From positions 4,748 through 68,747 of the forward strand of contig CAZDEP010000006.1 in the NCBI GenBank assembly GCA_964504715.1: a stretch of 64,000 nt of DNA, in the 5' to 3' direction. Of the stretch, positions 34,646 through 44,076 are shown in pieces. Position 1 is the first letter of the stretch. Each line of letters begins with the position of its first letter. The notes beneath the pieces are model-generated. The model saw only the letters and a list, made by a program, of their open reading frames with translations, was not told where the DNA came from and did not search any database. This stretch comes from an uncultured Candidatus Saccharibacteria bacterium (GTDB lineage Bacteria; Patescibacteriota; Doudnabacteria; UBA920). The translations under genes and the position numbers were made by a program.

Positions 34646-36127
34646 ATGAATCCTCGAATAAAACTCATTCTTTCCTTAGTTGGAATTTTTTTGTTAGCTG
34701 CCTCGGCAGCCTGGATAGTTTATCCCAAAGGCTCGGCAATAAACTTAAAGCCGCTAAAAATCCCCTTGGAAAAGCGTTTCAAGGTAAATTTAGGTTTGGA
34801 TTTACAAGGCGGGTCGCATTTGGTGTATAAGGCCAATTTTACGGGCATAAACCAGGCCGACCGCGGCGAATCTTTAAACGGCATTAGAGATGTTATTGAA
34901 AGGCGGGTAAACAGCTTTGGCGTCAGCGAACCCGTGGTGGCTGTTTCCGGTACAGATAAAATTATAGTTGAGCTGCCCGGGGTAAAAGACGTTAATGAAG
35001 CCATCAAGCAGATAGGCGAAACCCCCCAACTTGAATTCAGGGTGCAGAACCCCCAGGTGGCCACAACCACAGCCGACGCAAACGGCAACATTGTGGTTAA
35101 CGCTCAAGAGCAATGGTTGTCTACAGGGCTTTCGGGTAAACAACTTTCCCGCGCTTCCGTGGACTTCCAGCAGGGCAAGGGTTTAAATGAAGTTGTCGTC
35201 CGATTGGAATTTAATGATGAAGGTAAAAAACTTTTTTCTGAAATTACTTCTGCCAATGTAGGCAAGCCAGTGGCAATAATTTTAGACGGCCAGGTAATAA
35301 GCGCTCCGGTTGTCCAAAACGCGATTACTGACGGCATCGCTGTCATAACCGGTAATTTTTCCTCCGAGGAAGCCAAAATTTTGGCTCGCAGGCTTAACAG
35401 CGGAGCCCTGCCGGTACCGATAAGCCTGGTGTCCCAGGAAAGCGTGGGTGCAACTTTAGGCAAAGAATCTGTCCAAAAATCTGTCATAGCGGGCGTAATT
35501 GGCCTTTTAATGATTATTTTGTTCATGCTTATTTATTACCGCTTTCCGGGTGTTTTGGCTTCGTTTGCCCTTTTAATTTACGCTCTCGTTGCTTTTGCGG
35601 TTTTTAAAATCGGTATTTCTTTTTTGGCTGTAATTTTAGTCGGGGCGTTCTTTTTTCTGGGGCTTACAGTAAATTCAAAGTTCGGATTTTTGGCGCTGCT
35701 CAGCTATTTGGGCCTAATGTTGGCCTCCGCCTTGCAGCCCGTTACCCTGACTTTGGCAGGCATTGCCGGATTTATTTTGTCCATTGGCATGGCAGTTGAC
35801 GCCAATATTTTAATTTTCGAAAGGCTCAAGGAAGAAATTAGGGCGGGCAAGGACATCCAAAAAGCGGCGGAAGACGGCTTTAACCGAGCTTGGCTGTCCA
35901 TAAGGGATTCTAACGTTTCCAGTTTAATTACCTGTGCCATTTTATACCTTTACGGCACGCCTTCCATAAAAGGTTTTGCGGTAACTTTGGCCATTGGCAT
36001 CCTTATTTCCATGTTTACGGCAATTACCGTGACGCGCAATTTGCTTAAAACCTTCATTGGTAACAGCCTTTTAAGCCACCCGTGGCTGTTCGGCGTGGGA
36101 CGCAGGTTTAATGCAGATAAAAAGTAA
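34646..36127 (+). CDS. secD: Protein translocase subunit SecD
   Basis: SecD periplasmic domain plus 6 TM (LGLDLQGGSHLVYKA ... IDANILIFERLKEE). Confidence 0.9.
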   Translation: MNPRIKLILSLVGIFLLAASAAWIVYPKGSAINLKPLKIPLEKRFKVNLGLDLQGGSHLVYKANFTGINQADRGESLNGIRDVIERRVNSFGVSEPVVAVSGTDKIIVELPGVKDVNEAIKQIGETPQLEFRVQNPQVATTTADANGNIVVNAQEQWLSTGLSGKQLSRASVDFQQGKGLNEVVVRLEFNDEGKKLFSEITSANVGKPVAIILDGQVISAPVVQNAITDGIAVITGNFSSEEAKILARRLNSGALPVPISLVSQESVGATLGKESVQKSVIAGVIGLLMIILFMLIYYRFPGVLASFALLIYALVAFAVFKIGISFLAVILVGAFFFLGLTVNSKFGFLALLSYLGLMLASALQPVTLTLAGIAGFILSIGMAVDANILIFERLKEEIRAGKDIQKAAEDGFNRAWLSIRDSNVSSLITCAILYLYGTPSIKGFAVTLAIGILISMFTAITVTRNLLKTFIGNSLLSHPWLFGVGRRFNADKK

Positions 36128-36169
36128 TACGCGGATTACACGAGCATCCGCAAGAAATCAGCGACTCAA

Positions 36170-37054
36170 ATGTTTAATGTTTTAAAATATTATAAAGTTT
36201 GGTTTATAATTTCCGGCCTAATACTGGCTTTTGGCATATTTTCTTTGGCCAGTTTCGGACTGCGCCTCGGTATTGACTTTACCGGCGGCAGTCTGACTGA
36301 AATTAAATTCAATTCCCAATACGATTTAGGCAAAGTTGAAAATGCCCTTAAAGAAAAAAATATTGAAGGCGCCCAGCTGCAGACCACAGAAAATTTCGGA
36401 CTGATTATAAAAACCAAACCGCTTGAAAAAGACCAGCACGACGAAATGATGGCAGCTATAAAAGACGAGGCAGGGGATTTCCAACAGGAACGGTTTGAAT
36501 CAATAGGCCCCATAATCGGAGCCGAACTTAAGCAAAAGGCCTTTTATCAACTGTTATTTGTTTCGCTCGGAATTTTAATTTACATCGGCTACGCTTTTAG
36601 GAAAGTAGCCAAGCCCATAACCTCATGGAAATTCGGCGTCGCTGCGGTTATTGCGCTTTTCCACGACCTGCTTTTTGTGGTTGGCGTATTTTCCATCCTT
36701 GGTAAATACAAAGGAATAGAAGTCGACAGTATGTTTGTGACGGCGGTTCTAACAGTCCTGGGCTTTTCCGTGCACGACACAATAGTGGTTTTTGACAGGA
36801 TCCGCGAAAACCTAAAAATTTATGCGGGCAGAGGAGTGGAATACGTAGTAAACCACAGTATTGCCCAAACCCTGGTCCGTTCGCTTAATACCAGCTTGAC
36901 CGTGTTATTTGTGTTATTGGCCCTGCTTTTATTCGGTGGCGAAACAATCAGGTATTTTGTGCTTGCGCTGTTTATTGGAATTATCGTGGGCACCTATTCT
37001 TCAATTTTTGTAGCCAGCCCAATGTTAATGCTAATGCAAAGGGCAAAAAAGTAG
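36170..37054 (+). CDS. secF: Protein translocase subunit SecF
   Basis: LRLGIDFTGGSLTEIKF ... VHDTIVVFDRIRENL. Confidence 0.9.
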   Translation: MFNVLKYYKVWFIISGLILAFGIFSLASFGLRLGIDFTGGSLTEIKFNSQYDLGKVENALKEKNIEGAQLQTTENFGLIIKTKPLEKDQHDEMMAAIKDEAGDFQQERFESIGPIIGAELKQKAFYQLLFVSLGILIYIGYAFRKVAKPITSWKFGVAAVIALFHDLLFVVGVFSILGKYKGIEVDSMFVTAVLTVLGFSVHDTIVVFDRIRENLKIYAGRGVEYVVNHSIAQTLVRSLNTSLTVLFVLLALLLFGGETIRYFVLALFIGIIVGTYSSIFVASPMLMLMQRAKK

Positions 37055-37169
37055 CTAATTTCAACAGATATATTTAAATCCCCCATAAATATGGGGGATT
37101 TTTGATATTCGATATATTTGACATTAAAAATAGTTTGTGCTATACTATAAAAAAGTTTTTAGGAAATAT

Positions 37170-38252
37170 ATGGGAATACTCGACACAATTATCCAGACTA
37201 AACAAGACGAAGCCTTAAGGACTTTTAATCCTGAAAGCATCATAGACGAAATCCTTTCCGCCTTAAAAGAACGCGAAAGGCAAATCCTTATGAAGCGCTA
37301 CGGCCTTAAAGGCAGCGAAATTAAAACTTTGGCTGCCATTGGTCTTGAACATGGCTTAACGCGTGAGCGCGTGAGGCAGATTGAAAAAGACCTAATCAAA
37401 AACCTGCGCAAAAATGGCCGAGCCAACACAGGGCTTTTGGCAGTGAAAGAAATGATGCTAAATACCATAAGCGAGCACGGTAAAATTATTGCGGAAGACA
37501 ATCTGCTTAAAACCTTGGGCGTTAAAAGCGAGCAGGAACGCAATTCTATTATTTTCCTTTTGCATTTGATAGAAGAAATTGACTTATACTTGCACGACAA
37601 TTACAAAAATTGCTGGTCTTCTGTGGTTTTTAACAAGCAAATTCTGCACGATTTCACCGGTGAAGCGCACCAGATTTTGGAACGCTTCGCAAAGCCAGTG
37701 GAAGAAAAGGAGTTTTTACAGCACTTTACGCAAACCGAATTTTACCAGCGCTATGCCAATGATTTTCCGCAAAAAGTCATATTGAATTTTTTGGATTTGG
37801 CCCACCGAGTGGAAAGGAACGTGTTTGGGCACTGGGGCCTGACTAATTGGAAGCAAATTGTCCCCAAAGATGTCGGTGATAAAGCTTATTTGATCTTAAA
37901 ACAGCACGGCAAGCCCGAACATTACTCCGTAATTACCGATATGATAAACAAAGCGGCTTTTGATTCGCGCACGGCCTACAAAGAAACTGTCCATAACGAA
38001 CTAATTAAAGATCAGCGGTTTATTTTAGTAGGGCGCGGTATTTACGCGCTTGCCGAATGGGGCTATAAATCGGGCGTAGTTTCCGATGTTATAAAGGAGA
38101 TATTAACTGAAAATGGGAAACCGCTTCCTAAGGATAAAATTATAGAAGAAGTCCTCAAGCGCAGGCAAGTTAAGAAAAATACCATTCTTGTAGGATTATC
38201 CAACAAAAAACTATTTAGGAAAGTAGAAAAAAACCTCTACGCCTTGGCTTAA
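37170..38252 (+). CDS. DNA-binding protein with an N-terminal sigma-70 region-4-like HTH and a C-terminal HARE-HTH domain
   Basis: N-terminus LSALKERERQILMKRYGL...KTLAAIGLEHGLTRERVRQIEKDLIKNLRK (region 4 consensus, no region 2). C-terminus YSVITDMINKAAF...RFILVGRGIYALAEWGY (HARE-HTH ending). RBS AGGAAA before the ATG at 37170. Confidence 0.6.
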   Translation: MGILDTIIQTKQDEALRTFNPESIIDEILSALKERERQILMKRYGLKGSEIKTLAAIGLEHGLTRERVRQIEKDLIKNLRKNGRANTGLLAVKEMMLNTISEHGKIIAEDNLLKTLGVKSEQERNSIIFLLHLIEEIDLYLHDNYKNCWSSVVFNKQILHDFTGEAHQILERFAKPVEEKEFLQHFTQTEFYQRYANDFPQKVILNFLDLAHRVERNVFGHWGLTNWKQIVPKDVGDKAYLILKQHGKPEHYSVITDMINKAAFDSRTAYKETVHNELIKDQRFILVGRGIYALAEWGYKSGVVSDVIKEILTENGKPLPKDKIIEEVLKRRQVKKNTILVGLSNKKLFRKVEKNLYALA

Positions 38253-38311
38253 GTTTTTTGCCTTTTAGTTTTATTGCAAAAAGAAGGTAAAACCCGCCCG
38301 AAACAAAAATC

Positions 38312-39649
38312 ATGGGTAACTTCAATTCAATATTTCCAGATTTTCAAATAATGTTAGGTTATACCTACCGTTTTATTTTTGTATATTACGGGTGGGCGGT
38401 TTTTGTTATTGGGATTATGTATATGCTTTGGCGCTCGTATCTTATGGAAATCCAGCACCAATATGTGCATACCAATAAGTTCATTTTTTTCCAGATAAAA
38501 GTGCCTAAAGACAATTTGGTGAGCACGCTTGCGGTGGAAACCATATTTGCCCAGCTGCATTCGCTGCACGTCGGTAAGACTTTCACGGAAAAATACATAG
38601 AGGGACACGTACAGCTTTGGTATTCGCTGGAAATTATTAGCATGGGCGGCAAAGTTTCTTTTATTATCCAACTGCCTGAACGCATGCGGCACGTAGTGGA
38701 ATCGGCCTTTTATGCGCATTATCCGCAGGCAGAAATCACCGAAGTCAGCGATTACATGGAAAATTTCACTTATGATCCTGAAGATAAAGACAATCCTTAT
38801 GAAATATTCGGCACCGAATGGAAACTAAACGACAGCGAAGTAATCCCAATTAAAACCTATAAAGACTTTGAGCATCCGGCTGCGGAAGAAACGATTATAG
38901 ATCCTTTGGCCAATTTTTTTGAAGGGCTTTCCAAAATGGATCCCCACGAATTTTTTGGGGTACAAATTTTAATTTCGCCGAGGGCGGACGACGAATGGAA
39001 ACCTTTGGGCGACGCTAAAATTAAGGAGCTGATAGGCGAAGATGTCCCTCACACAGCCAGCTTTAAGAGTTTTCTTATGTCCCCGGCGGATAAATTTGCC
39101 AAATTCAGTTATAAAGAAACCCTGTTCGGCGGCCACGGGCATGCCGCGGGCCCTGAGAACAAGCCTAAAAACAACTGGATGAATATGACCGAAAGTGAAA
39201 AGGAGAGGGTATCCTTAATTGAAAAGAAAATCGGCAAACCCGGATACAAAACCAAAATAAGATTTTTGTATGTGGCGCCCAAGGACAAATTTGATGCCAC
39301 AAAAAAGTCAATCCTGACGGGCGCCTACCGCCCTTTGGGCAGCGTGATGACAAACAAAATCAGGCCGGATGTGGCCAACACATGGACTTCAGTAGATTAT
39401 GTTCTCTCAAAACCCCTCGAAAAGCCTTACTTGGAATGGCTGCTTAATTACAAAAAGCGAAACGTTTTTAAAGGCTATAAAGACCGTGACACCCACATTG
39501 GTTTGCCTATGTTCATTTTAAATATTGAAGAATTGGCTACCCTTTACCATTTCCCCATCACCACCAAAACTTCTACCGTTCCGAGTAATATTGAGCGCAC
39601 GGAAAGCAAAAAATCCCAGCCGCCCGTTAATTTGCCGATCCTTGAATGA
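38312..39649 (+). CDS. Hypothetical single-pass membrane protein (445 aa), partner of the downstream ATPase
   Basis: N-terminal TM helix FIFVYYGWAVFVIGIMYMLW followed by a roughly 400-aa soluble domain; no recognisable catalytic motif. Confidence 0.5.
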   Translation: MGNFNSIFPDFQIMLGYTYRFIFVYYGWAVFVIGIMYMLWRSYLMEIQHQYVHTNKFIFFQIKVPKDNLVSTLAVETIFAQLHSLHVGKTFTEKYIEGHVQLWYSLEIISMGGKVSFIIQLPERMRHVVESAFYAHYPQAEITEVSDYMENFTYDPEDKDNPYEIFGTEWKLNDSEVIPIKTYKDFEHPAAEETIIDPLANFFEGLSKMDPHEFFGVQILISPRADDEWKPLGDAKIKELIGEDVPHTASFKSFLMSPADKFAKFSYKETLFGGHGHAAGPENKPKNNWMNMTESEKERVSLIEKKIGKPGYKTKIRFLYVAPKDKFDATKKSILTGAYRPLGSVMTNKIRPDVANTWTSVDYVLSKPLEKPYLEWLLNYKKRNVFKGYKDRDTHIGLPMFILNIEELATLYHFPITTKTSTVPSNIERTESKKSQPPVNLPILE

Positions 39650-39753
39650 GCTTTGCATATCTCTACGAAATACTAAAACTCTTATATAATCATTGTTATT
39701 TAATTTATTTCGTATTTAGTATTTCGTCCCTTTAGTATTTAGTAGAAGAACCT

Positions 39754-41559
39754 ATGGATACCAAAGACCAAATAACCATATTTGCGCGTACCAACTTCCG
39801 GAACAAGGAAGTGCCTTTTGGCATAAAAACCGACGACCGCCGCAGGCATATGTACCTAATCGGTAAAACCGGCATGGGCAAAACCTCGTTAATGGAAAAC
39901 ATGGTCATCCAGGATATAAAAAATGGCCATGGTGTGTGCTTTATTGACCCGCACGGGGATTCTGTCCAAAGGATTTTAGATTCCGTACCCTCTTCCAGGG
40001 TAAATGACGTAATTTACTTTAACCCCGCGGACCTGCAATTTCCTATTGCCTTTAACATCCTCGAGGCCGTAGAAACCGAATATAAGCACTTGGTTGCTTC
40101 GGGCCTAATGGGCGTTTTTACGAAAATTTGGGCGAATGTGTGGTCTGCCAGGATGGAATACATTTTAAACAACACTGTGTTGGCGCTTTTGGAAAGCCCG
40201 GGCAATACGCTTTTGGGCATTACCCGTATGTATGTGGACAAAAAGTACCGAAAGAAAATTGTCGACAACGTAAAAGACCCGGTTGTTAAAACCTTTTGGA
40301 CCGACGAATACGCCAACTATAACGAAAAATACCGGACTGAGGCCATAGCCCCTATCCAAAACAAAGTTGGGCAATTTTTGTCTTCGGCCATAGTTAGGAA
40401 TATCGTAGGCCAGCCAAAAAGCACCATAGATTTGAGGGAGATAATGGACAATAAAAAAATCTTAATTGTCGATATTTCCAAAGGCAAGGTGGGTGAGGAC
40501 AATGCCGCCCTTTTGGGCGCCATGTTAATTACCAAACTGCAGCTGGCAGCCCTTTCGCGAGCCGACATACCCGAACGTGACCGCAAAGACTTCTATTTGT
40601 ACGTGGACGAGTTCCAAAATTTTGCCACCGACAGTTTTGCGACCATTTTAAGCGAGGCCAGAAAATACCGCCTTAACTTAATTATCGGCCACCAATACAT
40701 TGCCCAGCTGGAAAATGACAAAAATACCAAAGTCAGGGACGCAATTTTCGGTAACGTGGGCACTATGGTCATTTTTCGTATCGGCGCGGCGGATGCGGAA
40801 TTCCTGGAAACCGAATTCGATCCAATTTTTACGCCTAACGACCTCGTAAACTTGCCTAAATACAACATAATTCTGAAGCTTATGATAAATGGCGTGGCTT
40901 CGGACCCTTTTAGCGCCGTAACCTTGCCGCCGAACCCCGAGTTTATATCCGGCAATTTGGAAAAAGTCGTAAAAGTTTCGCGCGAACGTTACGCCAACCC
41001 CGTGGCTTTTGTAGAAGAAAAAATTGCCCGCTGGATGGATTCGGATTACCACAAAGAAGCGGCAATTTTGATAGGAAAAAATCTGGAAACCGAAGAGGAA
41101 AGCGAACAGGAAGGGGAGGGCGAAAGCAAAAATAACCAACCTGAAGTTGCGCCCCAGCCACCGCCAAAACCCCCCGCCCCGGTCTCACCGCCCGTCGTCC
41201 CCGAGCAAAATCGGCCCGAACAAAACAGGGATAAAACAGAATCTCAGCCGGCAAAGGCGCCCTCCAAACCCAAAGAGCAATTCAATCCGCAGCAAAAAAA
41301 GGACCACCAGAGGCCTTTTAGGGAAAAGGACCATGACCGCAGACCTCAAAACAAGCAGAAAAAAGAGCACCCAATTTGGCAAAAGGTTGCCGGGCTGGAA
41401 GCGGAAAAGGCCAAGGAACAATTGAAAGCCCTGGATAAAACTTTAGAGGACCTGGGTAAAAATTTAAGTTCGGATTCAGGCCCAGTCCAAAGCCCCGCTC
41501 TACCCCCTCCGCCCCAAAAGATAGTCCTGCGGCCCGGGGAATCTCATAGCTTAGAATGA
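39754..41559 (+). CDS. VirD4/TraD/TrwB-like (type IV coupling-protein-type) P-loop ATPase lacking a TM anchor, with a disordered Pro/Gln-rich tail
   Basis: Walker A YLIGKTGMGKTS then CFIDPHGD. Walker B and the sensor region: LYVDEFQNFAT ... SEARKYRLNLIIGHQYIAQL ... IFGNVGTMVIFRIG, which resembles the T4CP DEF...Q..Q signature. The roughly 150-aa C-terminal tail is rich in E/P/Q/K. Confidence 0.6.
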   Translation: MDTKDQITIFARTNFRNKEVPFGIKTDDRRRHMYLIGKTGMGKTSLMENMVIQDIKNGHGVCFIDPHGDSVQRILDSVPSSRVNDVIYFNPADLQFPIAFNILEAVETEYKHLVASGLMGVFTKIWANVWSARMEYILNNTVLALLESPGNTLLGITRMYVDKKYRKKIVDNVKDPVVKTFWTDEYANYNEKYRTEAIAPIQNKVGQFLSSAIVRNIVGQPKSTIDLREIMDNKKILIVDISKGKVGEDNAALLGAMLITKLQLAALSRADIPERDRKDFYLYVDEFQNFATDSFATILSEARKYRLNLIIGHQYIAQLENDKNTKVRDAIFGNVGTMVIFRIGAADAEFLETEFDPIFTPNDLVNLPKYNIILKLMINGVASDPFSAVTLPPNPEFISGNLEKVVKVSRERYANPVAFVEEKIARWMDSDYHKEAAILIGKNLETEEESEQEGEGESKNNQPEVAPQPPPKPPAPVSPPVVPEQNRPEQNRDKTESQPAKAPSKPKEQFNPQQKKDHQRPFREKDHDRRPQNKQKKEHPIWQKVAGLEAEKAKEQLKALDKTLEDLGKNLSSDSGPVQSPALPPPPQKIVLRPGESHSLE

Positions 41560-41571
41560 CCGTAAATTAAA

Positions 41572-41601
41572 AAATCTCCCTATTAAGGGAGATTTTTTAA
41601 T
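41572..41601. terminator. Bidirectional terminator between convergent genes
   Basis: aaaaaatctccc-ttaata-gggagatttttt. Confidence 0.7.
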
Positions 41602-41611
41602 GGAAGGGAAC

Positions 41612-41932
41612 TTATAGGTATTTTTTTATTTCTGATTCTATCATAGGCTTCGGGGCGGCGCCGATTAATTCGCCCACAATTTTGCCGCTTTTAAAAAACT
41701 TCAGAGTGGGGATGCTCATTATTCCAAAGCGGCCTGCGAGGGAATTATTTTCATCCACATTGATTTTTACGACTTTAAGTTTTCCCGTGTAATCGTTTGA
41801 CAGTTCCTCGACAATTGGCCCCAATACTTTGCAGGGACCGCACCATTCAGCCCAAAAATCAGCCATAACTGGCATTTCTGATTCCAATACCTCCTTTTGG
41901 AAATTTTGTTCGTTTACTATTGTATGCGCCAT
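41612..41932 (-). CDS. trxA: Thioredoxin
   Basis: WAEWCGPCK active site; start at the internal Met (MAHTIVNEQNF). Confidence 0.9.
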   Translation of the reverse strand: MAHTIVNEQNFQKEVLESEMPVMADFWAEWCGPCKVLGPIVEELSNDYTGKLKVVKINVDENNSLAGRFGIMSIPTLKFFKSGKIVGELIGAAPKPMIESEIKKYL

Positions 41933-42072
41933 TTTTTTCCTTTCGCAATTACTTTTTGCCAAACTATTTTATCCACAATTAAAAGTCTTGTCAATCATAT
42001 ATACTGAATATAAGAATTATTGATTTAAAAGCCATTTTAATAACAAATACCAAAACCAAATCGGCTGTCTTA

Positions 42073-42990
42073 TTGCTCGCAATCGCATTTAGTGCAGCCT
42101 TTTATTTATTTAAGGATTCCGCGGCTTTGACGGAAGAAAAGCCTGTTTCCACGACGGCTCAACAAGGGCAAGTTTTGGGGGAAGTCACCGAAAAAGCCCG
42201 GGGTGCAGATATTCCACCCGCCGTCATTGAGCAAAAGGCGGCAGGGCCTTTGGCGTTTAATGGCGTTTCCGCAAAATCATTTGCGGTTTTTGAAAATTCG
42301 ACTAAGGCCGAACTGTTTGGAAGCAACCAGCACCAAAAGCTTCCTATTGCCAGCTTAACCAAGCTTATGACTGCGCTTTTGTCCTACGAAAACCTGGAGC
42401 CATATGATTATTTAGATGTATCCTCAGCCGACCGTATAAACGTTAATCCAAGGCTAGATTTACTGCCGCCAGATGAGATCCAAATCATAAATTTGCTGGA
42501 AGCCAGCCTGGTCTGTTCGGCTAACGATGCTGCTCGGGCTTTGGCGAGGGCCACGCAGGAAAAAACCGGCACTAACTTTGTTGCTTTAATGAATTCGCGT
42601 GCCAAAGAGCTGGGGATGGAAGATACCAATTTCAGCAATCCTTTGGGTTTTGACAGCTGGTACAACTATTCGACAGTCTCGGATTTAGTTAAGCTTGCAA
42701 ACTACACCCAAAACCTTGCGGTGTTTAAAAACTTGGGCAAAAAAACCGGCGTAAGTTTCGTTTCAAAGGAAAACCGAAGCTACTCCTGCACGGCGACCAA
42801 TAAGTTGGTCGGTAAAAACGGGGAAATTGAAGCCGTAAAAACCGGTTCAACCCCGGAAGCAAAAGGGGCAATAATAGCCAAAGTGAACCGCGAAGGCAAG
42901 ACTGTACTGGTTATACTTTTAGAAAGCGAAGACCGAGAAAAAGACCTTCTAAACCTTGCCGATCTTGCTTTTAAGGCTTTTGAGTGGTAA
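42073..42990 (+). CDS. dacA: D-alanyl-D-alanine carboxypeptidase (S11 family, PBP5-like)
   Basis: SxxK (ASLTKLMT), SxN (SANDAARAL), KTG (KTGSTPEAKG); TTG start with a signal/anchor sequence. Confidence 0.8.
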   Translation: MLAIAFSAAFYLFKDSAALTEEKPVSTTAQQGQVLGEVTEKARGADIPPAVIEQKAAGPLAFNGVSAKSFAVFENSTKAELFGSNQHQKLPIASLTKLMTALLSYENLEPYDYLDVSSADRINVNPRLDLLPPDEIQIINLLEASLVCSANDAARALARATQEKTGTNFVALMNSRAKELGMEDTNFSNPLGFDSWYNYSTVSDLVKLANYTQNLAVFKNLGKKTGVSFVSKENRSYSCTATNKLVGKNGEIEAVKTGSTPEAKGAIIAKVNREGKTVLVILLESEDREKDLLNLADLAFKAFEW

Positions 42991-43035
42991 AATTATTTTT
43001 TCCATCTTTTAGATAAACTGTGGTATAATTAATGC

Positions 43036-44076
43036 ATGAATGGTTATCCAGATCTTGCTAAAATATCCATACTCACTGTTTTGGCTTTTGCGTTCGCATT
43101 GCTAAATACGCCCCTTCTAACTACATTCCTTTACCGCAAAAAATTGGGGAAAAACATCCGAAACGACAAAGACACGCCGTTGTTTTCGCGAATGCACGCG
43201 AAAAAACAGGGCACTCCCACCATGGGCGGCATTCTAGTCTGGGGCACAGTGGTCTTTTTAATTTCTTTTTTTTGGTTCGCGCACCGGATTTTGGGCATTG
43301 AACAGCTGTCCTTTTTAAATTTTCTTTCGAGAAAAGAAACCCTTTTGCCCATTGGGGCATTTTTAGGCGCTTCCTTAGTCGGCCTTTTAGACGACTGGCT
43401 GGATGTGAAAAAAATGGGGCCATCCGGCCGGGGTTTAAGATTTAGGTTTAAAATTTGGCTGTACGCCCTTGTGGCGGCCATTGGCGCCTGGTGGTTCTAT
43501 TTTAAACTCGACTTTAGCACCGTAAAAATTCCTTTTTTTGGCAGTTTCGATTTTGGAATTTGGTTTATCCCTTTTTTCATACTTGCAATTACGGCAGTAA
43601 GCTTTGCAGTAGATTTAACCGACGGACTGGACGGTTTGGCGGGCGGAACTTTAATGATTGCTTTTTTCGCCTACGGCGTAATTGCGTTCACCCAGGGCAA
43701 AACCGACCTTGCCGCACTGGCGGGCGTGGTGTGCGGCAGCCTTTTGGCTTTTTTGTGGTTTAACATTTACCCGGCCAGATTTTTTATGGGAGATACAGGT
43801 GCTATGGGATTGGGAGTGCTTTTGGCAATTATTGCATTTTTAACGAACTCCGTTTTTTTACTCGCATTTTTTGGCTTTATTTTTATGATTGAAGCCGGCT
43901 CAACATTAATCCAAATGTTTTCAAAAAAAGTCTTTGGAAAAAAACTCCTGCTTTCTTCGCCCCTTCACCACCATTTTGAGGCCCTGGGGTGGCCCGAAAC
44001 CAAAGTCACCATGCGTTTTTGGATAATTTCGGCCGTTATGGCCATAGTAGGCATGATAATTTATTTTATTAGTTAA
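43036..44076 (+). CDS. mraY: Phospho-N-acetylmuramoyl-pentapeptide transferase
   Basis: KQGTPTMGGILV and FFMGDTGAMGLG; about 10 TM helices. Confidence 0.9.
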   Translation: MNGYPDLAKISILTVLAFAFALLNTPLLTTFLYRKKLGKNIRNDKDTPLFSRMHAKKQGTPTMGGILVWGTVVFLISFFWFAHRILGIEQLSFLNFLSRKETLLPIGAFLGASLVGLLDDWLDVKKMGPSGRGLRFRFKIWLYALVAAIGAWWFYFKLDFSTVKIPFFGSFDFGIWFIPFFILAITAVSFAVDLTDGLDGLAGGTLMIAFFAYGVIAFTQGKTDLAALAGVVCGSLLAFLWFNIYPARFFMGDTGAMGLGVLLAIIAFLTNSVFLLAFFGFIFMIEAGSTLIQMFSKKVFGKKLLLSSPLHHHFEALGWPETKVTMRFWIISAVMAIVGMIIYFIS

